From the sequence record NC_047995.1: a stretch of 64,000 nucleotides of DNA; one strand, written 5' to 3'. The notes under the pieces were generated by a model. The model was not told the DNA's origin. It saw only the letters and a list, made by a program, of their open reading frames with translations, and did no database searches. The position numbers and the translations under genes are program-made. Shown here piece after piece: positions 45,593-54,857 of this stretch; position 1 is the stretch's first letter, and each line of letters begins with the position of its first letter.

Positions 45593-46789
45593 TTAAACTT
45601 TTCTGCTATCAATGTCAGCTTGTGGAATATAGCGATTTTCGAAGTATTTATTAACCACTTCTACTCCGTTTAACGAGTAAACGTTACGCATACTATCACC
45701 CCAAACCATTAGCTCTGCAAGTGTCGCAAAGTGTTCCGTAGGCACGCTTTTCATGGCCCGGGCATCGAGTGAATCCGGGTGGATTTTCTTGCCGCGAATG
45801 GCCTGATCGAACTTCATACGGTCAACGTTTCGTATCATCGTATGGTCCACAAAGTGTGCCAATTCGTGGGTCATTGCATGGCCAAATGAACGGCTGTTAT
45901 AACCGCCAAACAAATCAACCAACTGCTTCGGACTCATTGAAATTACACCATACAGGAATCCTGACACGGTATATGTAGCAATATGCGAGCCACCAACATC
46001 GTTGCCCTGTTTAACGATACCCACATACAAACGTTTGAATGGCAGGGGCACATTAAGACCGATGCCAGGCATAACGTTTTCCTGAATGTCTTTGAGCACA
46101 TAATCAGGAGGGCTGATACCATCAAGCAGAATCTTACGACCCCCAATAATGAGGTCATCAGCGCCCAATACTTCAAGGTGCACGTTACCGCATTTAGGTA
46201 TCTTCTGGATAGCGTAGTTGTTTGCCGTACCACCAGGATAGATAGCGTTAGCATAGATAAGAGGCTCAGTGGTACCGAACGCTTTCATATCCATCATACG
46301 CCTAGCAGCCGCCTTTCGAGCAGCAGCATCCATATTTGGATCATCCAAGATTTCTTTAGGCAGCGAAGGCTGCATATCAGTAGAACTCGGACGGCGCAGA
46401 ATAGGTGCTTTTGGCACAGGTGTTGATTCTGCTGGTGATGCAGGCTGCTCGGGTTCTGGTTGCGCTTTGACAGGCACTGGCTTTGGTTTAGGCTTAGGTT
46501 CCGCCATTTTCTTCTTCTCCTCGTAAGGAGTGAAGTCAAAGTCAGGCTTAAAGAGGGCGTCAGGCTTAGCAGTGAATGGGCGACTATTCTGGATGATGTT
46601 GTCGCCGTCTTCTCCACTGATTGCATAAGCCATGTCGTATTTAGGATGGGCTATGTAGTACAGGTCGTCACTCACCTTGAGCAGACCCACAACCTCGCGT
46701 GTATGCAGATGCACACCGTTTGAGATCATGGCGTCTGGCCCTAGATAACGAAAGTACGAATAGTCTACGATGAATAGACCTTCGATCAT
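45593..46789 (-). CDS. Head-module protein with an N-terminal paralogous domain and a C-terminal zincin-like HExxH domain (about 398 aa)
   Basis: AMTHELAHFVDH plus downstream PTEHFATL; start at 46789 in a TAATG overlap. Confidence 0.6.
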   Translation of the reverse strand: MIEGLFIVDYSYFRYLGPDAMISNGVHLHTREVVGLLKVSDDLYYIAHPKYDMAYAISGEDGDNIIQNSRPFTAKPDALFKPDFDFTPYEEKKKMAEPKPKPKPVPVKAQPEPEQPASPAESTPVPKAPILRRPSSTDMQPSLPKEILDDPNMDAAARKAAARRMMDMKAFGTTEPLIYANAIYPGGTANNYAIQKIPKCGNVHLEVLGADDLIIGGRKILLDGISPPDYVLKDIQENVMPGIGLNVPLPFKRLYVGIVKQGNDVGGSHIATYTVSGFLYGVISMSPKQLVDLFGGYNSRSFGHAMTHELAHFVDHTMIRNVDRMKFDQAIRGKKIHPDSLDARAMKSVPTEHFATLAELMVWGDSMRNVYSLNGVEVVNKYFENRYIPQADIDSRKV

Positions 46790-47568
46790 TACGCCATCCT
46801 TAACAGGTGTTCTTTGTACGTTGCCGCACACGCGAACGCCGGATCATCAACCGAGCTACATTCGAAGCCAGTCAACATCTTGCAGTCACGATACACCAGA
46901 CGGCCTGTACGACCATCGAGGTACGTTGGCTTGTTGAATGCAGTATGCGAACAGAAGTTACGATGACGAGGAGTAACCAACTGACCACAGATGCTGCACT
47001 TGTAGGCCTTGTACGTTGTGCCTTTCGAATACGTGTTAAGCTCACCACTCAGGATGCGGTCACAACGTTCCTGACAACGTGTACGGTCGAACGCTAACAG
47101 CAGAGTAAGACGCGCATGGTTGCCACGGAAGTTCTGGAGCTTAGACAGATTCGAGTCAAAGATCATGCCCATTGCTTGGCGATAATCTTTATTGTTGTGC
47201 TCGATAAACGTAGGCTTACCGACGAACGTCTGATACGCAAGACGGCCTTGGTCAGGGTTAAACGTCAACCACTCTTCCAGGCTGAATGCGTCGCCGTTCG
47301 TGTTAGGCAGCTCGGTGATGTTTACCGGTACAGGCACGATAACGTAGTCACGGATATTGCGTGAGGTGTTGTACTGCTCGGCTGCTTTCGACAACCACAC
47401 GTTCACGTCCAGATTGAATGAGCCTGACTGAATGCCTAAGCGCGAAGGGTCAACACGAATAGACTTAGCTGTTTGGCTAACGTCTTCTTTGTGCATATCA
47501 ATCGCGCCTAGTCCGACGAGGCCCATGTCCGAGGTATCAAACGACTCGGAACGAATGGACTGATCCAT
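46789..47568 (-). CDS. Prohead (capsid maturation) protease, HK97/herpes-like fold with a Cys cluster (about 259 aa)
   Basis: PTFIEH, YSKG..CSICG..CSH, FECSSVDDPAF; ATG at 47568 with GGAG. Confidence 0.75.
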   Translation of the reverse strand: MDQSIRSESFDTSDMGLVGLGAIDMHKEDVSQTAKSIRVDPSRLGIQSGSFNLDVNVWLSKAAEQYNTSRNIRDYVIVPVPVNITELPNTNGDAFSLEEWLTFNPDQGRLAYQTFVGKPTFIEHNNKDYRQAMGMIFDSNLSKLQNFRGNHARLTLLLAFDRTRCQERCDRILSGELNTYSKGTTYKAYKCSICGQLVTPRHRNFCSHTAFNKPTYLDGRTGRLVYRDCKMLTGFECSSVDDPAFACAATYKEHLLRMA

Positions 47569-47578
47569 CGTGTTCTCC

Positions 47579-48001
47579 CTATTGGAAATTGTTGATGTTA
47601 TCGTGGCTTGCATTGGCAAGACGCACACACGCTTCTTCAACCTGAAACGCGTTGAGTCCATCCATAGTGCTTAGCCAGTAACGTAAGCGTCCATCTGAAA
47701 TTACTGCGTTCTCAACATATGCAGGAACTTCATTGCCTGAATCTTTCATCAAGGCAATGACTTCGACGCCCGGGTAGAACACATCGAAGGACTTCGTACT
47801 GAATATCGGTTTGACAATATCAGTCTCGGTCACAGGGTGCATAGCGTAGCGACTTTGAATCATATAGATCGCTTCGTTAGCACCAATCAGAATCGAGTTG
47901 ATAGTGCCGCGCAATGTGCAACGCGCACTGCCGTCAAGAGTACGCCCGTGGTAAAACGTAACGATATCCGCGATGTTATACGCGAAAGAGAATTGAGCCA
48001 T
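47579..48001 (-). CDS. Hypothetical protein (about 140 aa)
   Basis: GAGG RBS before ATG 48001. Confidence 0.7.
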   Translation of the reverse strand: MAQFSFAYNIADIVTFYHGRTLDGSARCTLRGTINSILIGANEAIYMIQSRYAMHPVTETDIVKPIFSTKSFDVFYPGVEVIALMKDSGNEVPAYVENAVISDGRLRYWLSTMDGLNAFQVEEACVRLANASHDNINNFQ

Positions 48002-48002
48002 G

Positions 48003-48878
48003 TTAACCTCGCAGCGCACCACGCGCCCATGACTTAGCGAGAGCCAGAGTCATACGGCTTGGGTTTTGCAATTTGACTTCACCCTTATGGACGGCAGTGA
48101 ACGGTTCATGCGCGTTCTCTCCGCGACCAGAACGATACGCTGCTTCATTGAAGCCGTCGAATAACGTTACGACCCAGCCAGTGGATTTGTCAGAGCATTC
48201 ACCGCAGGCTTTGTCCCAGCTGATCTTACCGCAGACACGGCCACCAGCGTTCACCGCATAGCTTACCTGCTCAGTGCCTTTGTACACGTCAGAGGCTTTC
48301 AGCGTTTTGAACGTGACACGCGCAGCAGACTCAGAGCGAGGCATCATCTTCTCTTTCAATGCTTCAATGTCGAGTGAAGACCAGAACGATTCAAACAGCG
48401 CAGCGAACTTCTGCTCAATAGGCAGGTCGATAGCGTTGATCTGTGCGATGGTGCTGGAGCTATCGTTAAGCACACGGTTGATGAAGTAACCGCCGAGGAT
48501 GACTGGCATCTGCGTACCTTGATCACCAGCAGTTAGGCCCGCGCGTTTGGCGTAGATCTCACACATCCCGATAGCAAGTCGCGCCAGTGTCTGGAACGTT
48601 TGCTTCTCGGTGCTGTTAGCAATCTCAGTGTAGATGCGACTGGCGATTGACGCAACAACCGTACGCTTCGCCACACTCAGGATATCTTCAGGCGTGATAG
48701 ATTGTCCGAGTTTCTTTTTGGCAGCAAGCTCGAACGCATTAATCAGGCTTGCTTTGTTCGCTGGCGTCAGCGACTCGCTCAACTTGATTGTTGTCTGCTC
48801 CGAACTGCTCACCAGGCTCGGCTCCGGAGTTTTCGTCAGACGACGCACTCCCTTCGTTGTCAATCGGGCTACTGTCAT
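48003..48878 (-). CDS. Hypothetical, probable head protein (291 aa)
   Basis: AGGA before ATG; 5' end overlaps the glycosyltransferase gene; S-x-S motifs near the N-terminus. Confidence 0.65.
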   Translation of the reverse strand: MTVARLTTKGVRRLTKTPEPSLVSSSEQTTIKLSESLTPANKASLINAFELAAKKKLGQSITPEDILSVAKRTVVASIASRIYTEIANSTEKQTFQTLARLAIGMCEIYAKRAGLTAGDQGTQMPVILGGYFINRVLNDSSSTIAQINAIDLPIEQKFAALFESFWSSLDIEALKEKMMPRSESAARVTFKTLKASDVYKGTEQVSYAVNAGGRVCGKISWDKACGECSDKSTGWVVTLFDGFNEAAYRSGRGENAHEPFTAVHKGEVKLQNPSRMTLALAKSWARGALRG

Positions 48879-49983
48879 TTGTTTGTTCCTGAGTAGGAGC
48901 CTGTAGATACTGCAACAGGCCAGAGTTCATAATCTCCTCGTTAACGTCAAGGCCACGCAGCGCAGCCAGGTTAGCGAGGTAATTGAGAGCAGGTTCAACC
49001 ATACCCAGATTGCGGCAGCCCCAGTATGCTAGGTCATAGCACAGGTCCAAGTTAATAGGAGTCTGGTCGAACAAGAAACTTTTTGGATTCTGCTTAGACG
49101 CTTCAATCCCTTGAATAGCTTGACCGATTGCATTGATGTTATCGCCACGGCGGTAGAAGATATCGGCCAGCATCGCGTAGCATTCAATGCGATCAGGACG
49201 AAACGCGATAGCACGATAGCAAGCGCACACAGCTTCCTGAATGAATCCCTGCTTGAACGCAGCCTTAGCAAGTTCGATGTTGGCCAACGCAACGTAGTCA
49301 GGCCACTTAGCGATACCAGCCAAGCGATCAACTTCACGACGCGCATCTTCCAGCAGGTCAGGACGTTCGTAGTACGCAACAGAGTAGCAAAGTTCACGCG
49401 CATAATAGAAACTGCAACGATCATCATGCGGATAGTCACCAACGTCCAGACCAAGCTCCAGCAGATAGTTACGTGCTTTGTCATGGTCAGGATAGTGGTC
49501 AGTTGCGAACGGCGCTTCAACCGATTTGAGTTGTTGTCCAGGCTTACGCGAGGACAGGACTTCGTGCGCACGATACTTCCAGAAATAAGAGCGACGACGA
49601 TACGCTTTCATCTGCTGGTAGTGACTGTCCCCGTTACGCATCAGAATCCAAACAGCTTCTGCTTTCTTGATGCCTTGCGTACTGCGTAGCGCCTCAACCC
49701 AATTAGGGTCATCGAAGCGCTCGTCAATATCAAGCCACACTACAAGGTCGTCTTCCGAGAAAGGCGTAGCGGCCAGTTCACGGCTTGCACCTAAGTTACG
49801 CTCTGGTGATACGTCGAACGTGTGATAGATGTTAGGATGAACGAACGCCGAGATGATGTTCGTGGTCTGGTCTTCGCTGCCCGTGTCAACGATACTGATA
49901 GCATCAGCACAGGCAACGTGTTTCAACCACTCACCGATATTCTTTTCTTCATTGCGACAGATAGCCGCTACGCAGATTCTCAT
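48739..49983 (-). CDS. Family 2 glycosyltransferase with C-terminal TPR-like repeats (414 aa)
   Basis: ICRNEEKNI, IVDTGSEDQT, WLDIDE (DxD), YRAHE, then helical repeats (FYYAREL, AIAFRPDRIECYAMLA). Confidence 0.9.
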   Translation of the reverse strand: MRICVAAICRNEEKNIGEWLKHVACADAISIVDTGSEDQTTNIISAFVHPNIYHTFDVSPERNLGASRELAATPFSEDDLVVWLDIDERFDDPNWVEALRSTQGIKKAEAVWILMRNGDSHYQQMKAYRRRSYFWKYRAHEVLSSRKPGQQLKSVEAPFATDHYPDHDKARNYLLELGLDVGDYPHDDRCSFYYARELCYSVAYYERPDLLEDARREVDRLAGIAKWPDYVALANIELAKAAFKQGFIQEAVCACYRAIAFRPDRIECYAMLADIFYRRGDNINAIGQAIQGIEASKQNPKSFLFDQTPINLDLCYDLAYWGCRNLGMVEPALNYLANLAALRGLDVNEEIMNSGLLQYLQAPTQEQTNDSSPIDNEGSASSDENSGAEPGEQFGADNNQVERVADASEQSKPD

Positions 49984-49998
49984 GTTTGCCTCATTGGG

Positions 49999-50916
49999 TT
50001 ATATTAAAACGTTACCGCTATCCCACCACTGCTTACCGTAGATATCAGACACACGGTACTCAAGGATGAGAGGCTGGTCCAGGTCGACTTGTGTTATATA
50101 GCGCTGTAAGTAAGGACTCCACACTGTTTTCTCCTCAGTGTAAAGCCGTATCTCCAGTTCTATGTCGCCTTGTGAGTTCTTCGGTACGAACGGATGCGAA
50201 TAGTCGCCATCGAAACCCGAACCGATAGAGTCGTCGAAGTATGTGTACGCACGAACTTCCTCACCGCTATTGATGATGGTCGGTGCGTATACCTGACGAT
50301 TGTAATACGAGGTGTAGTCGGCAACGGTTGATTGCCAAATGACACGGCGCTTGTAGATACGCGTTACGCCTTTGCTGTCTGTCTCTGCGCGGTACTGGTT
50401 GTAGTACCAGCTTATCTGCGCAAACTTAACAGGCTTCAATTGCTCTTGGCCAGTAGCGTATTTCATGAACGGCTTCGCAGTGAAACGATGGTATGTCTTC
50501 TGCGTGTTCAGGCGATACAGCAGGACCTGATACGTGTACCACTGATAAACATCAAAGGTAATCGTGCCTGAGTCCGATTGCTGTGTCCCGTTGGTCAGGA
50601 TGTAAGAGAAACAGTCTGTGCCAACGTAACCGCTTCGTGGGTTATAGAGGAACGCATCGTTGAAATAGTTCAGACGCACAGTACCTACCATAGGGTCATT
50701 GACCTTAATAGCAGAAAGGCGCCAACCCCTTTGAGCCGGCACCTTATCGAGTACACCCTCTGTCGGGCTGTGCAACGTCACTTCATCACGAGCGCCTTGT
50801 AAGATCTTTTCGAGCGGAATCTCAGTTTGACCTGAGTTACGCACTCGCACCGTAAAGTTCGGAGCCACTGGTTTGTAGTTGCGCCAGTAGTCGAACGTAC
50901 AAGGCAAAGAGAGCAT
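49999..50916 (-). CDS. Virion protein with a cadherin-like/Ig (Big_9-type) domain (305 aa)
   Basis: GTVRL..FLYNPRSGYVGTDCFSYILTNG..SGTITFDV. Confidence 0.7.
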   Translation of the reverse strand: MLSLPCTFDYWRNYKPVAPNFTVRVRNSGQTEIPLEKILQGARDEVTLHSPTEGVLDKVPAQRGWRLSAIKVNDPMVGTVRLNYFNDAFLYNPRSGYVGTDCFSYILTNGTQQSDSGTITFDVYQWYTYQVLLYRLNTQKTYHRFTAKPFMKYATGQEQLKPVKFAQISWYYNQYRAETDSKGVTRIYKRRVIWQSTVADYTSYYNRQVYAPTIINSGEEVRAYTYFDDSIGSGFDGDYSHPFVPKNSQGDIELEIRLYTEEKTVWSPYLQRYITQVDLDQPLILEYRVSDIYGKQWWDSGNVLI

Positions 50917-50918
50917 AG

Positions 50919-52862
50919 TTACTCCAGTTTGTACTTGCTCTTAAACTCTGCGAGTCCCATAACAGGGATGCCTTTATCTATCGCTTTCTGGAGTTTCGCA
51001 GAACCAGAGCCAGGGTCTTTTGCGATCAGTATCGTCGTATCGGACTTCATGCTATCAGAAGCAGTCCCACCGAGTTCAACGATACGCTTCATCAGGTCAC
51101 GGTCACGAATGCCAGTGAACGCCACGTTAATGCCTTTGAGTTTAGCACTAACCACTTTCACCTTCTTCGGAGCAACGAGAGTCACGCCCATACTTGCAGC
51201 CATTTCGTAGGACTTCACGGCAGCTTCTGCGATAGCGGGGCCGAGTTTATCAATGCCGTGCATACCGCTAATCTTTAACGTCAGGTCAGCAGTGTAACCA
51301 CGCTTGAGGTAATACTCAAGGTTAGGAATGGCATCAACAACTTTGTCGAACGTAGTGTTAGCACCGCGCATAAACAATGACGCTGTAGCTTTCAACCACG
51401 TATTCATCGGCACACCAGCTTTCAGCGCCTTGAGGTCTTTCGCTAACTGACGGCCGCGAGAGTCGCCAACTATCTCACGCAACGCACCCATTGAAGCATC
51501 GAACAACTGCTCTGGTGTTTTGATACCAGAAGCAATCAGCAGCTTACAGGTACTTGGCCCTGTGTTAGCGACGTCCAGCCCTTTCAGGAACGAACCGAGC
51601 ATACGAGCATCAGCAGCAGACGATTTCGTTTTGGCGACAAACTCTACGCCGTTAATCTTGTACGGCACTTTGGGCAACGTAGGCAACTTAGCAGGCTTGA
51701 GAATCTCCATGATGTATGGGATTACCTTACCGCTTCGTATCAACTTAACCTTAGCACCAATTCCCAGAGGACGCTTCGGACCGAGGACACCCTTGCCCTT
51801 AGGCTTGAGATAGCCGTGTTCGACGTAGTAGCCGTTATGCGCAGAAGCACGTTCGACAGTCACACCACCAGACATGATAGTAGGTGGGAAGATTGCGACA
51901 GGCGCCAAGACTCCGTACTTGGACTCTTGGTAGATAACGTCTTTGACAGTCACGACAACCGTGTCCGACTCAACGTTCATCTTGAACTTGAATGCGTGTT
52001 TTGGATTCGACGCAGTGGCCTTTGGAGTCGCTATATCGCGCGTCATCACAACGCCGTCGAGTTCATACTTCGCTTTGGCGATACGCTTGTCCAACCAAGG
52101 AATGAGTTCATCCTCAGAGTTAAAACGCATAGGACCAAAGTGACGCACTACCTCAAATCCCCAGCGCTCCAGTCGAGCGAACTGTTTGGACTGCTTATCA
52201 GTAGCGCCTTTACCGCCAATGATTCCGAAGCATACCATATGGACATACTTGAACTCTTTGGCTGTCTCGAAGTTACGCACTAGGCCAGACGCAGCATTAC
52301 GCGCAGCTTTGAAGCGACCACCAGCAGACTCATGCAGCTTAGCCATGAACGTCTTATACGGAATCAGCGCTTCGCAGCGAAGGACGACCGTACCCTTTTC
52401 AGGTATCTTCTGAGGGATACGCATGGAGGGTAGATGCTGAGAAACATCCTTGCCGCTTGTAGCGTCACCACGAGTGAATGCTTTAACTGGTACGCCTTTT
52501 TCATAAACGAGTTCAATGCTTAGGCCATCCAGTTTGTCCGTAAGAACCCAGTCAACATCTTCGGCCAGAGCTTTAGACAGTTGCTTACCACCAAACGTAT
52601 ACTGATCGAGACTCGCCATAGGAACAGGCAGCTTAACATCAGAATCATCACGCGCACCGACCTTACGCGCCAGCTTAGACTTGGGCCAGCGCGTGTCGAT
52701 GTAGCGACGAATATGGTCATAGACCGCATCCGATATCAAGCCTTCCGAATCAGTGTGAAACGCATCATCAAGATGCGCCACAAGTTTCGTTGTCTGCGTC
52801 AGATTGAGCGTGTCCAGAATCTTATCAGGATTCCTTTCGAGCCGCTTCAATGAGATTTGCAT
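50919..52862 (-). CDS. ligA: NAD-dependent DNA ligase with a C-terminal BRCT domain (about 647 aa)
   Basis: KLDGLS, AFTRGD, ARNAASG, DGVV, FKFK, RASAHN, RSGKVIP, BRCT AFTG; ATG at 52862 with GGAG. Confidence 0.95.
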   Translation of the reverse strand: MQISLKRLERNPDKILDTLNLTQTTKLVAHLDDAFHTDSEGLISDAVYDHIRRYIDTRWPKSKLARKVGARDDSDVKLPVPMASLDQYTFGGKQLSKALAEDVDWVLTDKLDGLSIELVYEKGVPVKAFTRGDATSGKDVSQHLPSMRIPQKIPEKGTVVLRCEALIPYKTFMAKLHESAGGRFKAARNAASGLVRNFETAKEFKYVHMVCFGIIGGKGATDKQSKQFARLERWGFEVVRHFGPMRFNSEDELIPWLDKRIAKAKYELDGVVMTRDIATPKATASNPKHAFKFKMNVESDTVVVTVKDVIYQESKYGVLAPVAIFPPTIMSGGVTVERASAHNGYYVEHGYLKPKGKGVLGPKRPLGIGAKVKLIRSGKVIPYIMEILKPAKLPTLPKVPYKINGVEFVAKTKSSAADARMLGSFLKGLDVANTGPSTCKLLIASGIKTPEQLFDASMGALREIVGDSRGRQLAKDLKALKAGVPMNTWLKATASLFMRGANTTFDKVVDAIPNLEYYLKRGYTADLTLKISGMHGIDKLGPAIAEAAVKSYEMAASMGVTLVAPKKVKVVSAKLKGINVAFTGIRDRDLMKRIVELGGTASDSMKSDTTILIAKDPGSGSAKLQKAIDKGIPVMGLAEFKSKYKLE

Positions 52863-52903
52863 GTTGTTTTCTCCGATCGTCATCAACACTGTTATTTACA
52901 GTC

Positions 52904-54781
52904 TTAGCTGGCGATAGGGTCTTTGTTGACCGGGTAGTCTTCGGTCATGTCTAACACGCGATTGAACAGCTTAGGCGCCATATCTTTCACATGCTCGGCA
53001 TAATCAAAGAGGTTCTGTTTACGCGCACGGTTCACGCGGACCTGACGTACTTCATCAGGGCTGTTGGTGATATCGTACAGCGTATAGATAACGATGTTAT
53101 CCGAAGCATTGTGAGTGCTAACACGAACCACGACCCAATCACGTTTGAGCTTCGCATCTGCTTTGAACTGCAACACGTCACCTTCTTCTGCCTCTTCTGC
53201 GCGAGCACTTGGAGTAGACTGGTTAGCGGCTGCAATCTTCTTGGCAGTCTCTTTCGATTCCTGCTCGGCGGCAGCAACGTCAGAGTCCTGGTCTTCTTCA
53301 GGGTCAACTTCGTCTACAGCGTCGGCGGCGTCAGAGGATTCATCTTCCTCTTCTTCCTCGTCTGCTCCGTCTTCACCTTCTGGATCAGCTCCTTCGTCGT
53401 CAGCATCGGCATCATCCACGGATTCGTCGTCGGACTCGTCATCCCCATCTTCTGCATCAGCAGCGTCTGGATCGCTATCGTCAGTATCTTCTTCCGCATC
53501 AGGGTCCTCCTCTTCCTCGACTTCTTCCTCTTCGACTTCTTCCACCTCAGAAGGTTCTTCTTCCTCTTCTTCGGGATCAGCTTCGACAGGCTTCTTGCCT
53601 TTAACCTTAGCACGAACTTTAGGCGGCGCTACATCTTCTTCGTCGTCTTCTGGTTCGTCAATGTCAGACAGGTCAAGCGAAGGTTCTTCGTGGTCCTGTG
53701 AATCATCGCCACCAAACAGAGAGCCGATGGAGTCTTCGATGTTGTACATGTCACCTGCGAACGGGCTACGAGACAGGACGTCTTCCAGCTTCTGCTCGTC
53801 AAAGTCCAGTTCGATATCGAGTTCTTCGATTGCGTCGTCCAGTTCTTCATGCTCGATAACACGCACACGCTTACCACGTTTGTCGATACCATCTGCATAG
53901 ACAGTACGGACTTCTGCTTTAGGTGCTTCAATCTCGCCGCTCTTAACCTTGCTGCGTAGATCTTTCATCTCAGCAGAACGTTGGGCAGCGGTCTTACGTG
54001 CTTCTTTCTGGAGTTCTTTGCGTTGCTGCTTCTGCTCCAGAATCTTAGCGTTGTTGGCGAGGCGTACTGCTTCTTCCTCCTCCAACTGAGAACGCTTGCG
54101 GTGACGACGCACTTGCTTGCGATATGCCTTGAGCGTATCAACGTCCACTTCACCTTTCGGCCAATCATTGAAAGGCAGAATGTTGGTGTCGTGAACAAGC
54201 AAGTCGTATTGAGCGTCATCGACTTTGATGAACAGACCGTCGGTGTTAATGACTACACCGCCTTTGCCTTGACGCAAGTAGCGCACACCAATCATGTCGT
54301 TCTTGTATAGCTTGAGCATACCCTTAGAGGTCTTCACAGGGTATTCCATGCTCGGCACCATACGCCACTGATAGTTGTCGAAGTTAACGCCATACACAGC
54401 CTCAGACTTCACAGACTTAGGAGCGAAACGAGCGGCGTCGAACTGCACACGATTGATCTGGCGCTGCATTGTCTTAGCACCAGCGGTTTTCGTGCGTGAT
54501 TCACGATTGACAACATCAGGCACCTTACGCAGCTTGGAACTATGCTCCATCAGGAACAGACCAGTGGTCTTATCGAGAGGGAAGTCAACGTGAGGCATAT
54601 CAGCAAAAATGAGCGTGTAGCGTCCGCCATTACGCAGCGGGAGAATGCCGAAAGTATCTCCTTCACGAATCATACGCTTATGAGTTCGTTGGGATACTTC
54701 TTTTCCGCGTGAGCCTTTATACTTCATCCACGCGTACTTCGTTACTGCATCGTTATGAGATGCGGACACGGAAAGTATCAT
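52904..54781 (-). CDS. Probable internal head protein with two paralogous domains, a coiled coil and a long acidic tract (625 aa)
   Basis: WMKYKG..IREGDTFGI..RYTL; second copy ..LYKNDMIGV; D/E tract; N-terminal LSVSAS. Confidence 0.65.
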   Translation of the reverse strand: MILSVSASHNDAVTKYAWMKYKGSRGKEVSQRTHKRMIREGDTFGILPLRNGGRYTLIFADMPHVDFPLDKTTGLFLMEHSSKLRKVPDVVNRESRTKTAGAKTMQRQINRVQFDAARFAPKSVKSEAVYGVNFDNYQWRMVPSMEYPVKTSKGMLKLYKNDMIGVRYLRQGKGGVVINTDGLFIKVDDAQYDLLVHDTNILPFNDWPKGEVDVDTLKAYRKQVRRHRKRSQLEEEEAVRLANNAKILEQKQQRKELQKEARKTAAQRSAEMKDLRSKVKSGEIEAPKAEVRTVYADGIDKRGKRVRVIEHEELDDAIEELDIELDFDEQKLEDVLSRSPFAGDMYNIEDSIGSLFGGDDSQDHEEPSLDLSDIDEPEDDEEDVAPPKVRAKVKGKKPVEADPEEEEEEPSEVEEVEEEEVEEEEDPDAEEDTDDSDPDAADAEDGDDESDDESVDDADADDEGADPEGEDGADEEEEEDESSDAADAVDEVDPEEDQDSDVAAAEQESKETAKKIAAANQSTPSARAEEAEEGDVLQFKADAKLKRDWVVVRVSTHNASDNIVIYTLYDITNSPDEVRQVRVNRARKQNLFDYAEHVKDMAPKLFNRVLDMTEDYPVNKDPIAS

Positions 54782-54815
54782 GTTGTTGTTCTCTATGTTG
54801 TACTAGCACTCGTTG

Positions 54816-54823
54816 AAATTAGC
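54816..54823 (-). promoter_or_regulatory. Putative late promoter GCTAATTT
   Basis: Just downstream of a terminator, 35 nt before ATG 54781. Confidence 0.65.
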
Positions 54824-54834
54824 TTACGCAAGGT

Positions 54835-54857
54835 AAAGCGGGGATTAACCCCCGCTT
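54835..54857 (-). terminator. Intrinsic terminator overlapping the stop of 54845
   Basis: GCGGGG-GTTAAT-CCCCGC-TTT on the minus strand. Confidence 0.65.
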
